Positions 38,091-50,805 of a DNA stretch of 64,000 bases are shown piece by piece. The notes below the pieces were generated by a model, which saw only the letters and a list, made by a program, of their open reading frames with translations, did not search any database and was not told the origin of the DNA. The DNA is from Malacoraja senta. Lineage: Eukaryota. The position numbers and the translations under genes are program-made. Position 1 is the stretch's first letter. Every line of letters begins with the position of its first letter. Location: assembly GCA_038087875.1 (NCBI GenBank), contig CM075992.1:5334001-5398000 (forward strand), written 5' to 3'.

Positions 38091-38849
38091 ACTGTACTTC
38101 AGCATTTGAGAACATCAAGAATCTCAGGTTTTTCCAAAGATCTCTATCACTTGTTCCTGACTTTGGTGCCTTCCCTCACAGTGGGAACCTTTTGATTCAG
38201 CTGTGTGGGGATGTTTTATGTTGAACTCTATCGTGTGATGTGTTCTTTATTTTTATTGTATGGCTGTATGGTGATCACATTTCACTGTGCCAACTGGCAC
38301 ATGTGACAAATAAATAAATATATCTTGTATCTTGAATGTATGTCAATGGTCAACAAATTTTCCCAGAGTGGGTAGTCTACATTCCAATCTGAAGAAGGGT
38401 CCCGACCCAAAACGTCACCTATTCCTTCGCTCCATAGATGTTGTCTCACCCGCTGAGTTTCTCCAGCATTTTTGTCCACCAAAGAAATGTTAGATGCCTT
38501 GATTCAGACTAGATTCTCAAAGCAGCACTGTACCATTAAATGGGAAGTTGACATGTTTCTCAAGACAAATTATAGCAGCAAATGTAAATGACTGCCAATG
38601 CAGTCATAACAAAATCCAGCTGCAACATTTCACCAGTTAGCTGTGCAACTGTTTAATCTGGTGTTCACACAAACTTCACCTCTGTGGGCTTCAGAGCTCC
38701 AATTACATATTCAAAAGTACAAATTTACAGCAGCAGGGTGCCATCAGTGGAAATTGTGCAAATTTAAACCTTAGAGGCATAATCATAGAGTCATACAACA
38801 CAGAATCAGACTCTTCGGCCCACCAAATATACACTGACTTCTGATCATA

Positions 38850-39130
38850 GCGGCACAGTGGTAGAGTTACTGCCTTAGAGCTCCAGAGATCTGGATTTGA
38901 TCCTGACTACGGGTGCTGTCTGTACGGAGTTTGTATGTTCTCCCTGTGACCGTGTGGGTTTTCTCCGGGTGCTCTGGTTTCCTCTCACACTCCAAAGACG
39001 TACAGGTTTGCAGATCAATAGGCTTTGGTAAAATTGTAAATTGCCCCTACTGTGTAGGATAGTGTATGGGGGATCGCTGGTTGGCGCAGACTCGGTGGAC
39101 GCCACAGGACGTGTTTCCACACTGTAATTC
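38850..39130 (+). mobile_element. HE1-like SINE
   Basis: Family match. Confidence 0.8.
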
Positions 39131-39199
39131 TGCAGTACTAAAGTACAGTCATACGTACGGAGAGGTCAAGCATTAATGAAGAAACAAAGAACTGCAGAT

Positions 39200-39482
39200 A
39201 GAGTCATAGAGTGATACAGTGTAGAAACAGGCCCAACTTGCCCACACCGGCCAACATGTCCTAGCTACACTAGTCCCACCTGCCTGCGCTTGGTCCATAT
39301 CCCTCCAAACTTGTCCTATCCATGTACCTGTCTAACTGTTTCTTAAACGCTGGGATAGTCCCAGCCTCAACTACCTCCTCTGGCAGCTTGTTCCATGCAC
39401 CCACCGCCCTTTGTGTGAAAAAGTTACGCCTCAGATTCCTATTAACTTTTTTCCCCTTCACCTTGAACTTATGTCCTCTGGT
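39200..39482 (-). mobile_element. CR1 LINE 3' fragment inserted in a PLE tail
   Basis: FFTQRAVGAWNKLPEEVVEAGT. The host GAACTGCAGAT|ACTGGTT is split by the insert. Confidence 0.85.
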
Positions 39483-40297
39483 TACTGGTTAATACACAAA
39501 AGGGCACAAAGTGCTGGAGTAACTCAGCATGTCTGTCAGCATTCAACATTCAACATGTTGAGTTGAATTACTCCAGCACTTTGTGTCCTTTCATGCATAA
39601 ATGTTGTCTCTTGGTAGCCTATGATCTCAGCTGAAGAAGGCCAGATTTGTTTATAATGCGTTATATTTATGATACACCCTCACCAATTGAAAGCAGATTC
39701 GCTTGACACAATCTCAGTGCTTGGTTCAAAATGACAGATTGGTTGAATTTGCCTCAGAGTTTATGAGGTAATCTGAAGCCTCCTCGCCAGTAGTAGAACC
39801 TCACATGTGACTAATTAGTGTTTGTTATTTGGGTCCCAGCATTTGAGAACATCAAGAATCTCAGGTTGTTCCAAAGATCTCTATCACTTGTTCCTGAATG
39901 TCTGCCAATGGTCAACAGGTTTTCCCGGAGTGGTTGGTCTACATTCCAATCCAAACAGTTCCAAAGAGAACTGGAAATGATAGGCTTCCTAAAGACAATG
40001 ATAACATTAATCCAACTCAAAGGTCACAGTGCCGCATTTTATGAATAGAAGCATTGTTGAAACAAGAGTCTCTATTTACCTGATTAATATGAATAAGTCT
40101 GATGATTTTCCAAAAAAAATCCCAGGTAAAATGATCCAGATTACTTTACTGCATTTTCATTAGTGGAAGAGGCTTCGACGGAACAAAACACAGGAACAAG
40201 ACATTTATTTTACTTTGCTTTATAACAAAAATATTTTCTTCTCTGGGATATCTTCTTGCTATGGTTTAGTACCATGGAAATATCAAATACTAGAGGG

Positions 40298-41163
40298 TAG
40301 ACAAAAATGCTGGCAGAAACTCAGCGGGTGAGGCAGCATCTATGGAGCGAAGGAAATAGGCAACGTTTCGGGTCGAGCCCCATCTCGACCCGAAACATAG
40401 AAACATAGAAACATAGAAATTAGGTGCAGGAGTAGGCCATTCGGCCCTTCGAGCCTGCACCGCCATTCAATATGATCATGGCTGATCATCCAACTCAGTA
40501 TCCCGTACCTGCCTTCTCTCCATACCCTCCGATCCCTTTAGCCACAAGGGCCACATCTAATTCCCTCTTAAATATAGCCAATGAACTGGCCTCGACTACC
40601 CTCTGTGGCAGAGAGTTCCAGAGATTCACCACTGTGTGAAAAAAGTTCTTCTCATCTCGGTTTTAAAGGATTTCCCCCTCATCCTTAAGCTGTGACCCCT
40701 TGTCCTGGACTTCCCCAACATCGGGAGCAATCTTCCTGCATCTAGCCTGTCCAACCCCTTAAGAATTTTGTAAGTTTCTATAAGATCCCCTCTCAATCTC
40801 CTAAATTCTAGAGAGTATAAACCAAGTCTATCCAGTCTTTCTTCATAAGACAGTCCTGACATCCCAGGAATCAGTCTGGTGAACCTTCTCTGCACTCCCA
40901 CTATGGCAATAATGTCCTTCCTCAGATTTGGAGACCAAAACTGTACGCAATACTCCAGGTGTGGTCTCACCAAGACCCTGTACAACTGCAGTAGAACCTC
41001 CCTGCTCCTATACTCTAATCCTTTTGCTATGAAAGCTAAATTCCTTCGTTCCCACACGTTGCCAATTTCCTTCGTTCCATTGATGCTGCCTCACCCGCTG
41101 AGTTTCTCCAGCATTTTTGTCTACCTTCGATTTTCCAGCATCTGCAGTTCCTTCTTAAACAAT
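40298..41163. mobile_element. Inverted PLE module pair containing a nested CR1 (40397-41040, minus)
   Basis: TSD TACTAGAGGG (40288-40297, 41164-41173). CR1 ORF 40626-41057 matches the 18 kb element. Confidence 0.85.
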
Positions 41164-41727
41164 TACTAGAGGGCATAGCTTTCAGGGAAGAGGGACAAAG
41201 TTTAAAGGAGTTGTACAGGGCAAGTTTTTTTTACATAAGGAGTGGTGGGCGTGCTGTTGGGATTGGTGGTGGAGGCAAATACTATAGTGGCATTAAAGAG
41301 ACTTTTAGATAGGTAGGGGATAGAGGGAATGGATCATGTGCAGGTTGAAAAGAGTTGGTTTAGGTTTCATGTTTAGTACAGACATTCTGGGCTAAAGGCC
41401 TGTTCTTGCGCTGTATCATAATATGCTCTATGTTCATAATGAGCACCGCTCATCTGGATACTCAAGTAATTATTGACCTCAGATCAACAATTTTACTGCA
41501 TGGACTATGTACCTGAACCCAACAATTACCCTATGTACCTGAGCCTAACATCTCCTCCATTAAAGGTTGCCCAGTGGGTTTGCAGTCACACTGAAAGCAA
41601 TTTATTCTCTAACTAACCAAGGCAATGAAGTCAACGGCACTTGTTAAAATTAGTTAATATTTCTCAGATCAGGAGCCAGGTCATGTCAACTCAAATTTGG
41701 TGTTATATGCATATGTATGGTGAGCCT

Positions 41728-42070
41728 AGGGTTGCCAACTGTCCCGTATTAGCCGGGACATCCCGTATATTCGGCTAAATTGGTTTGTCCCATACACGAA
41801 GGCCCTTGGTCCCATATTTGACTGCTACTACTAGGGTTGAGGGGACTGTCGGGTCGGAACGCCGCGTCCGGCCCAGTCTCATCCGTCCCGACGTTGTGCA
41901 GCCTATGGAGTGCAGCAGCAGCGCCTCGCCCGTGGCCCCGTCGGTCGGCAGCCCGGCCAGCTGTCCGACTTTCGGACCTTCGCTTACTGCCGACACCACC
42001 ACCCCTCCTTCTCATGGCCGATCATCGGTTCATGAGTTGGATGGGGTGCCGGACTTTGCGACAGTTACAA
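41728..42070. mobile_element. hAT (Blackjack-like) DNA transposon fragment
   Basis: Starts TAGGGTTGCCAACTGTCCCG...CCGGGACA..CCCG, CpG-rich. Right TIR incomplete. Confidence 0.5.
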
Positions 42071-42203
42071 AGGAAAAAAGACTGCATAAAAATGAATATA
42101 TAAAAATATGCATATTAAAAAAATATATTTTTAAATGAGATTATTGCAAAGCACAAGCATTGTGGGCTGTAGTGTTCTATTTTTGAGATAGTATTATCCT
42201 TGA

Positions 42204-42492
42204 GTGTGGCACAGCGGTAGAGCTACTGCCTCACAGCGCCAGAGACTGCGTTCGGTCCTGACCTCGGGTGCTGTCTGTGTGGAGTTTGCACATTCTTCCT
42301 GTGACCGTGTGGATTTCCTCTGAGTGTTACAGCTTCAACCCAGATGTGTGTGTTTGTAGGTTAATTGGCCTCCGTAAATTGCCCCTATTGTGCAGTGGGA
42401 TAACTAATGTGAACGGGTGATTAATGGTCGCCATGGAGTCAGTAAGCCAAAGGGCCTATTTCCATGCTGTATCTCCAAATTAAAAATCTAAA
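42204..42492 (+). mobile_element. HE1-like SINE
   Basis: Family match. Confidence 0.8.
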
Positions 42493-43457
42493 CTGTGATC
42501 GCCAGGTTTCTGTAGCTCCTGTGCAATGTTCGCATCGAAACTCCGATGTACTGCTCTTTCAGGAAGCAGTTGAGAAGGAAGAGGGTTAAATTGGCTAGTC
42601 CAGAAAATGCATGCAAGGATTGATATCCACACAGTGGGTGGCATGGAGGCATCTCGGGTGATGCTGCAGGGGTAATCTGCGTCAGTGCCATGGCAGTGGT
42701 CTTCCTGCTTGATTATGCACTTGCCAAATGGGTCTAGAAAGAGCAGCAGCAATGTTTATTGAGCTTTATTCTGAAGAACAGCTGTGTAAAATAGGACCCT
42801 GTGGTCTACAGTGCTCCAAAGGGACACATAATGAGACAAAAATTGATGGCAGCGTGGCTTCTAGTGCATAATCGAATGTGGCAAGACTACACACTGAGGG
42901 AAGCAATGAAGCTTAGTGGCTGTGGAAGTGTGATGAGGGCTTAATGGGGAAAGAACATTGTTTCAGGTCGTGCTGCTACAAGACCCTGAGGTCTCTGTGT
43001 GAGAACCTCTCGAACTTAGTGCCGCTGAAACATCTGGAAGCGAAAAATTGATGCCATATTAATTTGATATAAATATTGGAAGCCAACATAAAGTAGTTCT
43101 GGGTCCAGTTAATGACAATTGCAAATTTTATGAAGAAAGCATATTTTTGGAGAAAAAAAAAATTGGACTGATTAGCTAACTTTAAATTAAACAGTCTGAA
43201 GATGGCAACGACAACTTGGAGACACAAGAATCTGAAGAAGGATCCCAACCCGAAACGTTGTCTGTCTATTCCCTCCACAGATGCTGCCTGACCTGCTGAG
43301 TTACTCCAGCAATTTGTGTCCTTAAATGAAACAATTATTATCTACATCTCACATGTAGAAGAACCATCTCGATGACGATTGCTCACTTGTCTGCTCTATT
43401 CGTTCATCCGGTGGTAAATGTGCTTTTAATTGGATGGACACAGCAGCAACAGCTAAT

Positions 43458-43772
43458 CTCAAGATTCAAGATTCAAGAGAGTTTATTGTCATGTGTTCCT
43501 GATAGGACAATTAAATTCTTGCTTTGCATCAGCACAACAGAATATAGTAGGCATGAATACAGAACAGATCAGTGTGTCCATATACCATTATATAAATATA
43601 TACACACATGAATAAATAAACTGATAAAGTGCAAATAAACAGATAATGGGCTATTAATGTTCAGAGTTTTGTCCGAGCCAAGTTTAATAGCCTGATGGTT
43701 GTGGGGAAGTAGCTATTCCTGAACCTGTTCGTTGCAGTCTTCAGGCTCCTGTACCTTCTACCTGAAGGTAGC
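43458..43772 (-). mobile_element. Rex1/Babar LINE 3' end
   Basis: LPSGRRYRSLKTATNRFRNSYFPTTIRLLN and 3' UTR similar to 21590-21900; (CAAGATT)n tail. Confidence 0.9.
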
Positions 43773-44123
43773 GGGTAGCGGGTAATCTCATAAAATGTGT
43801 AACACCACTTATAATTCTTAATGGACTCTAGAGTAGATATGGAGGGGATGTTTCTCCTGGCTGTGCAGAGGAGAAGGCAAAATAAGGCAAAAGCCAGATA
43901 ATCAGACATGAAGAGGGTGGCGAATCTTTGGAATTCAGCACCAGAAGTCTGTGGAGACTTGGTCAGTGATGGCATCCAAAGTAGAAGACAAGCAACAGGA
44001 ACAGGAGGGGACAACTCAGCCTCCCAAGTATGTTTTCTGTTCAATATGATCATATGCTGCCCTCTTCTATGCCAGCTTCCCGAAGCAGTCAATTCCCTTA
44101 CCTTTCAAAAATCTATCTTAAAT

Positions 44124-44330
44124 GAGTAGGAACTGGAGATGATGGATTTTACCGAAGATAGACACAAAATACTGGAGGAACTCAGCGGGTCAGGAAGCAT
44201 CTCTGGAGAAAAGGAATAGGTGACATATCTTTGAGACTGAAGAAGGGTTCCGACCCGAAACGTCACCTATTCATTTCCTCCAGAGATGCTGCCTGACCCG
44301 TTGAGTTACTCCAGCATTATGTGTCTATCT
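44124..44330. mobile_element. Head-to-head PLE module pair
   Basis: Minus and plus modules abut; TSD TCTAYCTTAAAT (44112-44123, 44331-44342). Confidence 0.8.
44237..44264 (+). ncRNA. Minimal hammerhead ribozyme motif
   Basis: CTGAAGAAGGGTTCCGACCCGAAACGTC. Confidence 0.65.
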
Positions 44331-44490
44331 TCTACCTTAAATAATTTAGCCTCTGAGATTCCAGAGACCCTCAACAAAATTATATGTCTATGTACCTTCA
44401 TTTTAAATGGCTGGCTCCTTTGCTGTCTGAATATTACAGCAATCAAGGAATATTGGGAAAAGAGAGTAAAACAGTGTTGAAGCAGAAGAA

Positions 44491-45022
44491 GGTAGAGAAA
44501 AATGCTGGAGAAACTCAGCGGATGATGCAGCATCTATGGAGCAAAGGAAATAGGCAATATTTTGGGTCAAAACCCTTCTTCAGACTGATGTGAGGGTGGG
44601 AGGGGGGGGCGGGAAGAAGAAAGGAAGAGGCGGAGCCAGTTACTTCAACTCCCCCTCCCATTCCAAATCCGACCTTTCTATCCTGGGCCTCCTCCATGGC
44701 CAGAGTGAGGCCCACCATAAATTGGAAGAGCAGCACCTCATATTTTCGCTTGGGCAGTTTGCACCCCAGCGGTATGAACTTTGACTTCTCTAATTTCAGG
44801 TAGTCCCTACTTTCTCCTCCCCTTCTCAGCTCTCCCTCAGCCCACTGGCTCCACCTCTTCCTTTCTTCTTCGTGCACCCCCCCCCTCCCCCACACCCTCA
44901 CAATAGTCTGAAGAAGGGTTTCGACCCGAAACGTTGCCTTTGCTGCGTAGATGCTGCCTCACCCGCTGAGTTTCTCCAGCATTTTTGTCTACCTTTGATT
45001 TTCCAGCATCTGCAGTTCCTTC
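44491..45022 (+). mobile_element. PLE insertion: inverted terminal module + GIY-YIG C-terminus + direct terminal module
   Basis: YFNSPSHSKSDLSILGLLHGQSEAHHKLEEQHLIF. 14-bp TSD TTGAAGCAGAAGAA (44477-44490, 45023-45036). Confidence 0.88.
44908..44935 (+). ncRNA. Minimal hammerhead ribozyme motif
   Basis: CTGAAGAAGGGTTTCGACCCGAAACGTT. Confidence 0.72.
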
Positions 45023-47799
45023 TTGAAGCAGAAGAATATTGAAGAAGTCAAATAGCCATGCAGCGAATTCTTGTTCCTATTTTCCTTTTCTTATGGTAGC
45101 CTGATATTGGACAGGAAAGGTGCAGTGGGCCTGGCACATTTATAGAATGCAACCTATAGTGGTGTAAAATGGCACCAACCCAGAAGAGTAAGCTCTTAGA
45201 CCTTTAGGACATGCACTAGGTGCAAGACCTGGAAAGTAGGAAGGATCATCTTCTCTCCACAGGGGCAGGGAGCCCTCAAGATACATGAAGCCAAGGCCAT
45301 GGGAGACTGAAAAGCACTTCCAGGAGGCAAACCCTACATGGCTGGATACAATATCACACATTCCTCAATAACTGGTGCAAGGAACAGCAGTGTGTAGTTG
45401 TTGCATTAGTCAGGGGACTCCGAGCCAAGTCCCTTGATTCATGTCCACCAGGCACAAGTTCAAATCTCACCACAGCTGCTGGAGATTTTTCATTCAACAA
45501 TTAAAATGTGAGATAGTGACTGTGAAATGATGCCATCTGTGGCCTAGAAGCCCAGGGTGTGAGGTGCATGATTAATGCCAGGATACAATCTCCAGGGATG
45601 CTGCCTGACCCACTGAGTTACTCCAGCATTTTGTGTCTTTCTTTGCTTCGCTCGGTCTGAAGCAGGGTCTCAACCCGAAACGTCATCTTTCCATGTTCTC
45701 CAGGAATGCTGCCTGACCCGCTGAGTTACTCCAGCATTTTGTATCTTCCTTTGATATCACATCCAGCTGATTTGGCCCAGTGCTCATACGTTCTAGGAGC
45801 AGAATTAGGCCATTTGGCCCATCAAGTCTACTTTGCCATTTAAATCTTGGTTCTTTCCCTCTCAACCGCATTCTCCTGCCATAACCCCTGATACCCTTAC
45901 TAATCAAGGAAACCTCAGTGCTCTCAAACAGTGTTCTGTATGGACGCGGAAGTTAACATTCTAATAATTACCTTCCCCATACCTTACCCGCACCTGACAC
46001 CTCTCTCCCATCTAGTTCCTGCAGTGGATGGAGAAATCCAGTCTTTCTGGATGCTGAGGTTGCATGGCCGACTCACTAGCAGAATAGGAGATGGATTTGA
46101 GCCTCGTAGCATCAACTGTGAGGGTGTAATGGCGTTCACGATCGTTAGGTTCAAGCCCTAATGAATGAAGGTGGCTGGTAGAGGTGTTCATGGCATTTGA
46201 AGATGTTTCCTTGCTCACTATTGTGATGTTTCCGGCATTTCTTGTCCGTCCCTAGTTGCTTCTGATCGCGACTTACCTCACCCTTTCAGACCATAGATGA
46301 CAATCTATTACTTTACTTTGGGTAAGGCCATCAGATTTTCACCCACCAGCACTGTTATATCCAGGCAGTTTTACTACCGAGTCATTTCACTACCATTATT
46401 ACTGATAGTCACATTTTAGATGATATCAGCAATTATAATTAATTTCACCAGTGACGCTGGTGAGATATTATGATTTTGGATTATTATAGTAGTCTCAAGG
46501 GATGACAGGTCGAGTGAAATATCTCCTATACCACCATTCCCAGTCTGTACTAAGTCAGCTGCCAAGACAGCTAGGTCCCAATCATACCACCCTGTAACAC
46601 ACAAAGGTCAAGAAACAGTTTCAAAGACACTTTGCTACTGAAAGTTGCTACTGAAAACTCTTTCCAGATAAAGGTAACTAATCACACCCACTTTAAGCTA
46701 TCATGTAACGAGAACTGCATTTTGATTTAACTTGCATTTCAGGACCTTTATGAGTGTTTTTGGATTGCATTCAGAAATGTGGTTTGTTTCTGAAATCCAA
46801 TGACTTTGTGTATGACACTCCACACAAACAGCTGCAATGGGAATGTATTAGAATGGCAACAAGTAAAAAATGAAAGCTATTCCATCAGTTGTGTGATGGG
46901 TCTGGGGAGATAGGGAGGGAGGGAGGGGAGATCTGCAAGTGGAAGCTGAAATTTCTATTCAGAAGTAATGTTCGTAGGTGCAAAGTTTTTGAAGGGTTCT
47001 GGAACAAAATGGAGGCCAAAATTATAAGACGCAGAGAGCCAAGAGAGAGGTCAGCTGAGGCCAGGAACCTGTCCACATAAATACAGCTGAAGACACCAAA
47101 ATTGAAGTCTTCAGAGTGAATGAACATCCTATGACACAATTGGGGTACCCCTGTGCATTGATAGGTAACGTACTTTATAAATGTTCATCTGGGGATGAAC
47201 GACAGATTAAAATTAAAGGAGAGGTTTGTTATGCTTGGCCAGATTTGTTTCTTGCTCAAAGCAATGCTTCAAATCCAAGGTTGTCATCCATGGGTGCAAA
47301 TCTCTTCAACACTTTGTCATTCCATTCCCTCACAACTCCCTGGTGTATCAGCCTAGGTTCTGTGTTGAAGTCCCTGGAGATAAACTCACTCAGAGCACAT
47401 GCAATTACCACAGAATTACCACAGTGTTACCATGGAATTACAGAGTAAAGATTAATGTGTGATTCATTTGGTTTTACTTGCAGTGACTACGCTTGCAGTT
47501 GCTGTTACAGTTCTACCTTGTTTATTCAGATGGCTTCAATTATCCCTTGGTCGATATAAACATAATTAGTTGAGCACTGTTTAGCAAGTCTGGGCAAATT
47601 CCCAGGTGACTTTTTGTTGTATTGAACCATGCCGTGCCATGCTCAATTGGCAACTTTGGGTGTGCCCTAATAATGCCTGAAATGTTAGGACAATTTTTTT
47701 TCAATGTGTGTTAAAGCTATCATTTAAACTGTCAATGACATTGACTGATGGGATTAATTTATTTGTGTTGCAATATGCTGCTAAGCTATTTAGACAACA

Positions 47800-48165
47800 G
47801 TCAGGAATGGACTGAAAATGGGAAGTAAGTCTCTTACCATACATGTGCCATCACCATCAACACCTACCCTTAGCATTCAATGGCAATATCACTGATGGGT
47901 CTTCGATCATCAGCATCCTGAGTTCCAATCGACCAGTAACTCCAATAGACCAGCCAATTCTATACTCTGACCATAAAAGCAGATTAGAGGCTGAGCATCC
48001 TATTGCAATGGACTTACCTCCTGTCACTTCAAGCACTTTCCACCATCTAGATTGCACTAATTGGAGTTTGATGCAATATTCCCCTCCTGCTTGGAAGACT
48101 GTGACACCAACAGAACTCAAAAAAACTTGACAGCATTAAGGACAAAGCAATCTGTTTGTGACCCA
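47800..48165 (+). mobile_element. Old degenerate CR1-clade LINE fragment
   Basis: HLPLAFNG...MQYSPPAW....PTELKKLDSI.DKA..L remnants. Confidence 0.5.
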
Positions 48166-48182
48166 AGAACATTCATTCCTAG

Positions 48183-48627
48183 AAAAGACTAGGCTTGTAT
48201 TCACTGGAGTTTAGAAGGATGAGGGGGTATCTTATAGAAACATATAAAATTATAAAAGGACTGGACAAGCGAGATGCAGGAAAAATGTTCCCAATGTTGG
48301 ACGAGTCCAGAACCAGGGGCCCCAGTCTTAGAATAAAGGGGAGGTCATTTAAGACTGAGGTGAGAAAAAACGTTTTCACCCAGAGAGTTGTGAATTTATG
48401 GAATTCCCTGCCACAGAGGGCAGTGGAGGCCAAGTCGCTGGATGGATTTAAGAGAGAGTTAGATAGAGCCCTAGGGGCTAGTGGAATCAAGGGTTATGGG
48501 GAGAAGACAGGCACGGGTTATTGATAGGGGACGATCAGCCATGATCATAATGAATGGCGGTGCTGGCTCGCAGGGCTGAATGGCCTCCTCCTGCACCTAT
48601 TTTCTATGTTTCTATGTTTCTATGTTT
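48183..48627 (+). mobile_element. CR1 LINE 3' fragment
   Basis: ORF 48195-48524 and (TTTCTATG)n tail. Confidence 0.92.
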
Positions 48628-49118
48628 CCCCGAGGAACTACAGTCTGGAGCCAAGAGTGTTTTATTGTCATATGTCCCAAAATGGAACAATGAAATGCTC
48701 ACTTGCAACATCAATGCTGTGACGTGCATGGCCGAACAAATACATTGCAGTTGCTCCCCTACTCTACTTCAACAGCTCCTAAACCAATACCTCTATCATC
48801 TAGAGGGACAAAGGAGGTAGAAACAGGGATTTACATTCAGGTTTCCATTTATTTTGAGTCCAAATTTGACAAAATAAATAAATCGAATCTGATCTGAATA
48901 GAATTTTAAAAGATCATTTTATGGGTGTGAATATCAGTAATTATTTCCTAGAACGAATTGCCCTCGATAAAGTCACTGTGATCCACCTTGCACTGCCAAA
49001 CTCCTTGTGGTGAAAGTGGATCCACAGTTCAGCTTGGAAGGGGTTGAACAATAGAAGAACAATGACACATAGTGTATGACTTGAAGCAGAACCTGCAGGT
49101 GAAGCAAGGAACTGCAGA

Positions 49119-49268
49119 AGGTACACAAAAATCAGCGGGTGCAGCAGCATCTATGGAGCGAAGGAAATAGGCAATGTTTCGGGCCGAAACCCTTCTTCAG
49201 ACTTTAGAGTTAATCATTCTAACTCAGGACAAGGCTATGATCAAGGCAGGTTCCCTTGCCCCAGATTC
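49119..49268 (-). mobile_element. PLE module plus 62-bp locally templated insert, inside an older PLE tail
   Basis: TSD GCAAGGAACTGCAGA (49104-49118, 49269-49283). 49207-49268 is identical to 50036-50097. Confidence 0.85.
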
Positions 49269-50289
49269 GCAAGGAACTGCAGATGCTGATTTAAACCCAA
49301 GATGCTGGAGTAACTCAGCAGGTCAGGCAGCATCTCTGGAGAGAAGGAATGGGTGACATTTCGGGTCGAGACCCTTCTTCAGACTGAAAGTCCCGGGAAA
49401 GGGAAACGAGAGATAAAGATGACGATGTCTATATTATGATTATGTGTTTTGTATTTTTGTGATTTTATGCCTTGTAAGGTGTCCTTGGGTGTTAGAAAGG
49501 CGCCAGCAAATAAAATGAATTATTATTATTATATATAATAGACATCGGAATATAGTTCTCAGTATTGAAGCGACTAGAAATGGAGCTTGATTTACCGGTA
49601 GAAAAGAGACTGAAAAGAGTAGGATGATTGTATCGGATGATAAATCCTCTCTGGTTCCAGCACGCAAAGACTCTCCATGCTCTGGCGCCATCTTTGATGG
49701 ACAGAGCACTGAAGGAACACTGTTTTGGAGTAATTCCCACATAGGGAACAGTTAATTTGATATTTCAACAACATTCCACTTCTACTTTGGTCATTTTCGA
49801 ACAGATGGAATTCTACAACATAGGTCCACAAAAAGCCACCCTGAAAGGAATTAATGTTTATTGTCATTAGCAATTTCTTTTATTGACTAATCTTTGACAC
49901 AATATTCACCTTTCGGTTTTTTTAAGCAGGTTGATTTCTCCAATGGCCAACCGGGTAAATGTTTGATCTTTTTTGTTGAATAGAGCTACAAAGACCAGGA
50001 CGTTACAAAGTTCAACAGCCAGCCGAGCCTGCGTTGAGTTAATCATTCTAACTCAGGACAAGGCTATGATCAAGGCAGGTTCCCTTGCCCCAGATTCTCA
50101 ACATGGGCTGATGGTACATTGTGATAGTTGAGGCGGACATGATAGTGTTCAATTGATCTTCACTATCTGGACTTTCTGAATGCTTAGACAAAGCAATTTG
50201 TTGGGGTGATGAGGAGGCATTTTCTCATCCAGACGGTGGATAAAATCTGAAAAGCACATTGGTGAATGCAGCTTCTCCAACAACATTAA

Positions 50290-50584
50290 GACTACTTTAA
50301 TTAGACTTTGGAGATACAGTATGGAAACAGGCCCTTCAACCCACCAGCTGTACACTAGCACTATCCTACACACTAGGGACAATTTACAATTTACAGAAGG
50401 CAATTCGCCTGTAAACCTTGCACGTCTTTGGATTGTGGGAGAAAACCGTAGCACCCGGAAAAACCCCACGTGGTCACAGGGAGAACATACAAACTCCATA
50501 TAGACAGCACCCATAGTCAGAATCAAATCCAGGTCTCTGGAGATGTAAGGAAGTAACTTTACCGCTGTACCACTGTGCCACCCT
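50290..50584 (-). mobile_element. HE1-like SINE
   Basis: Family match. Confidence 0.8.
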
Positions 50585-50805
50585 GTTCAGAAGTAATTAG
50601 ATGAACACCGTACAGACTCCGTACAGACACAAGGAACTGCAGATGCTGGTTTAGCTAAAAAGACACAACGTGTTGGGTTAACTCAGTGGGTTAAGCAATA
50701 TCTCTGGAGAAGATGGATAGGCAATGTTTTGTGTCGGGACCCTTCTTCAGAAACAAGTGGCAAGTAGGTGATGGCCAAATACTGGAAAATGGGATTAGTA
50801 TAGAC

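Noticed and set aside
37965..38480. PLE pair capturing the 39.8-kb segment as one event
   Set aside because: Similarity to 39.8-40.0 kb appears to continue beyond the right-hand module and there is no clean adjacent TSD; later insertion into an existing duplicate is simpler.
46416..46592. Minus-strand terminal exon (ttacag|GGTGG..., WYDWDLAVL...)
   Set aside because: Only an acceptor-like site and a short frame; no homology or supporting exons.
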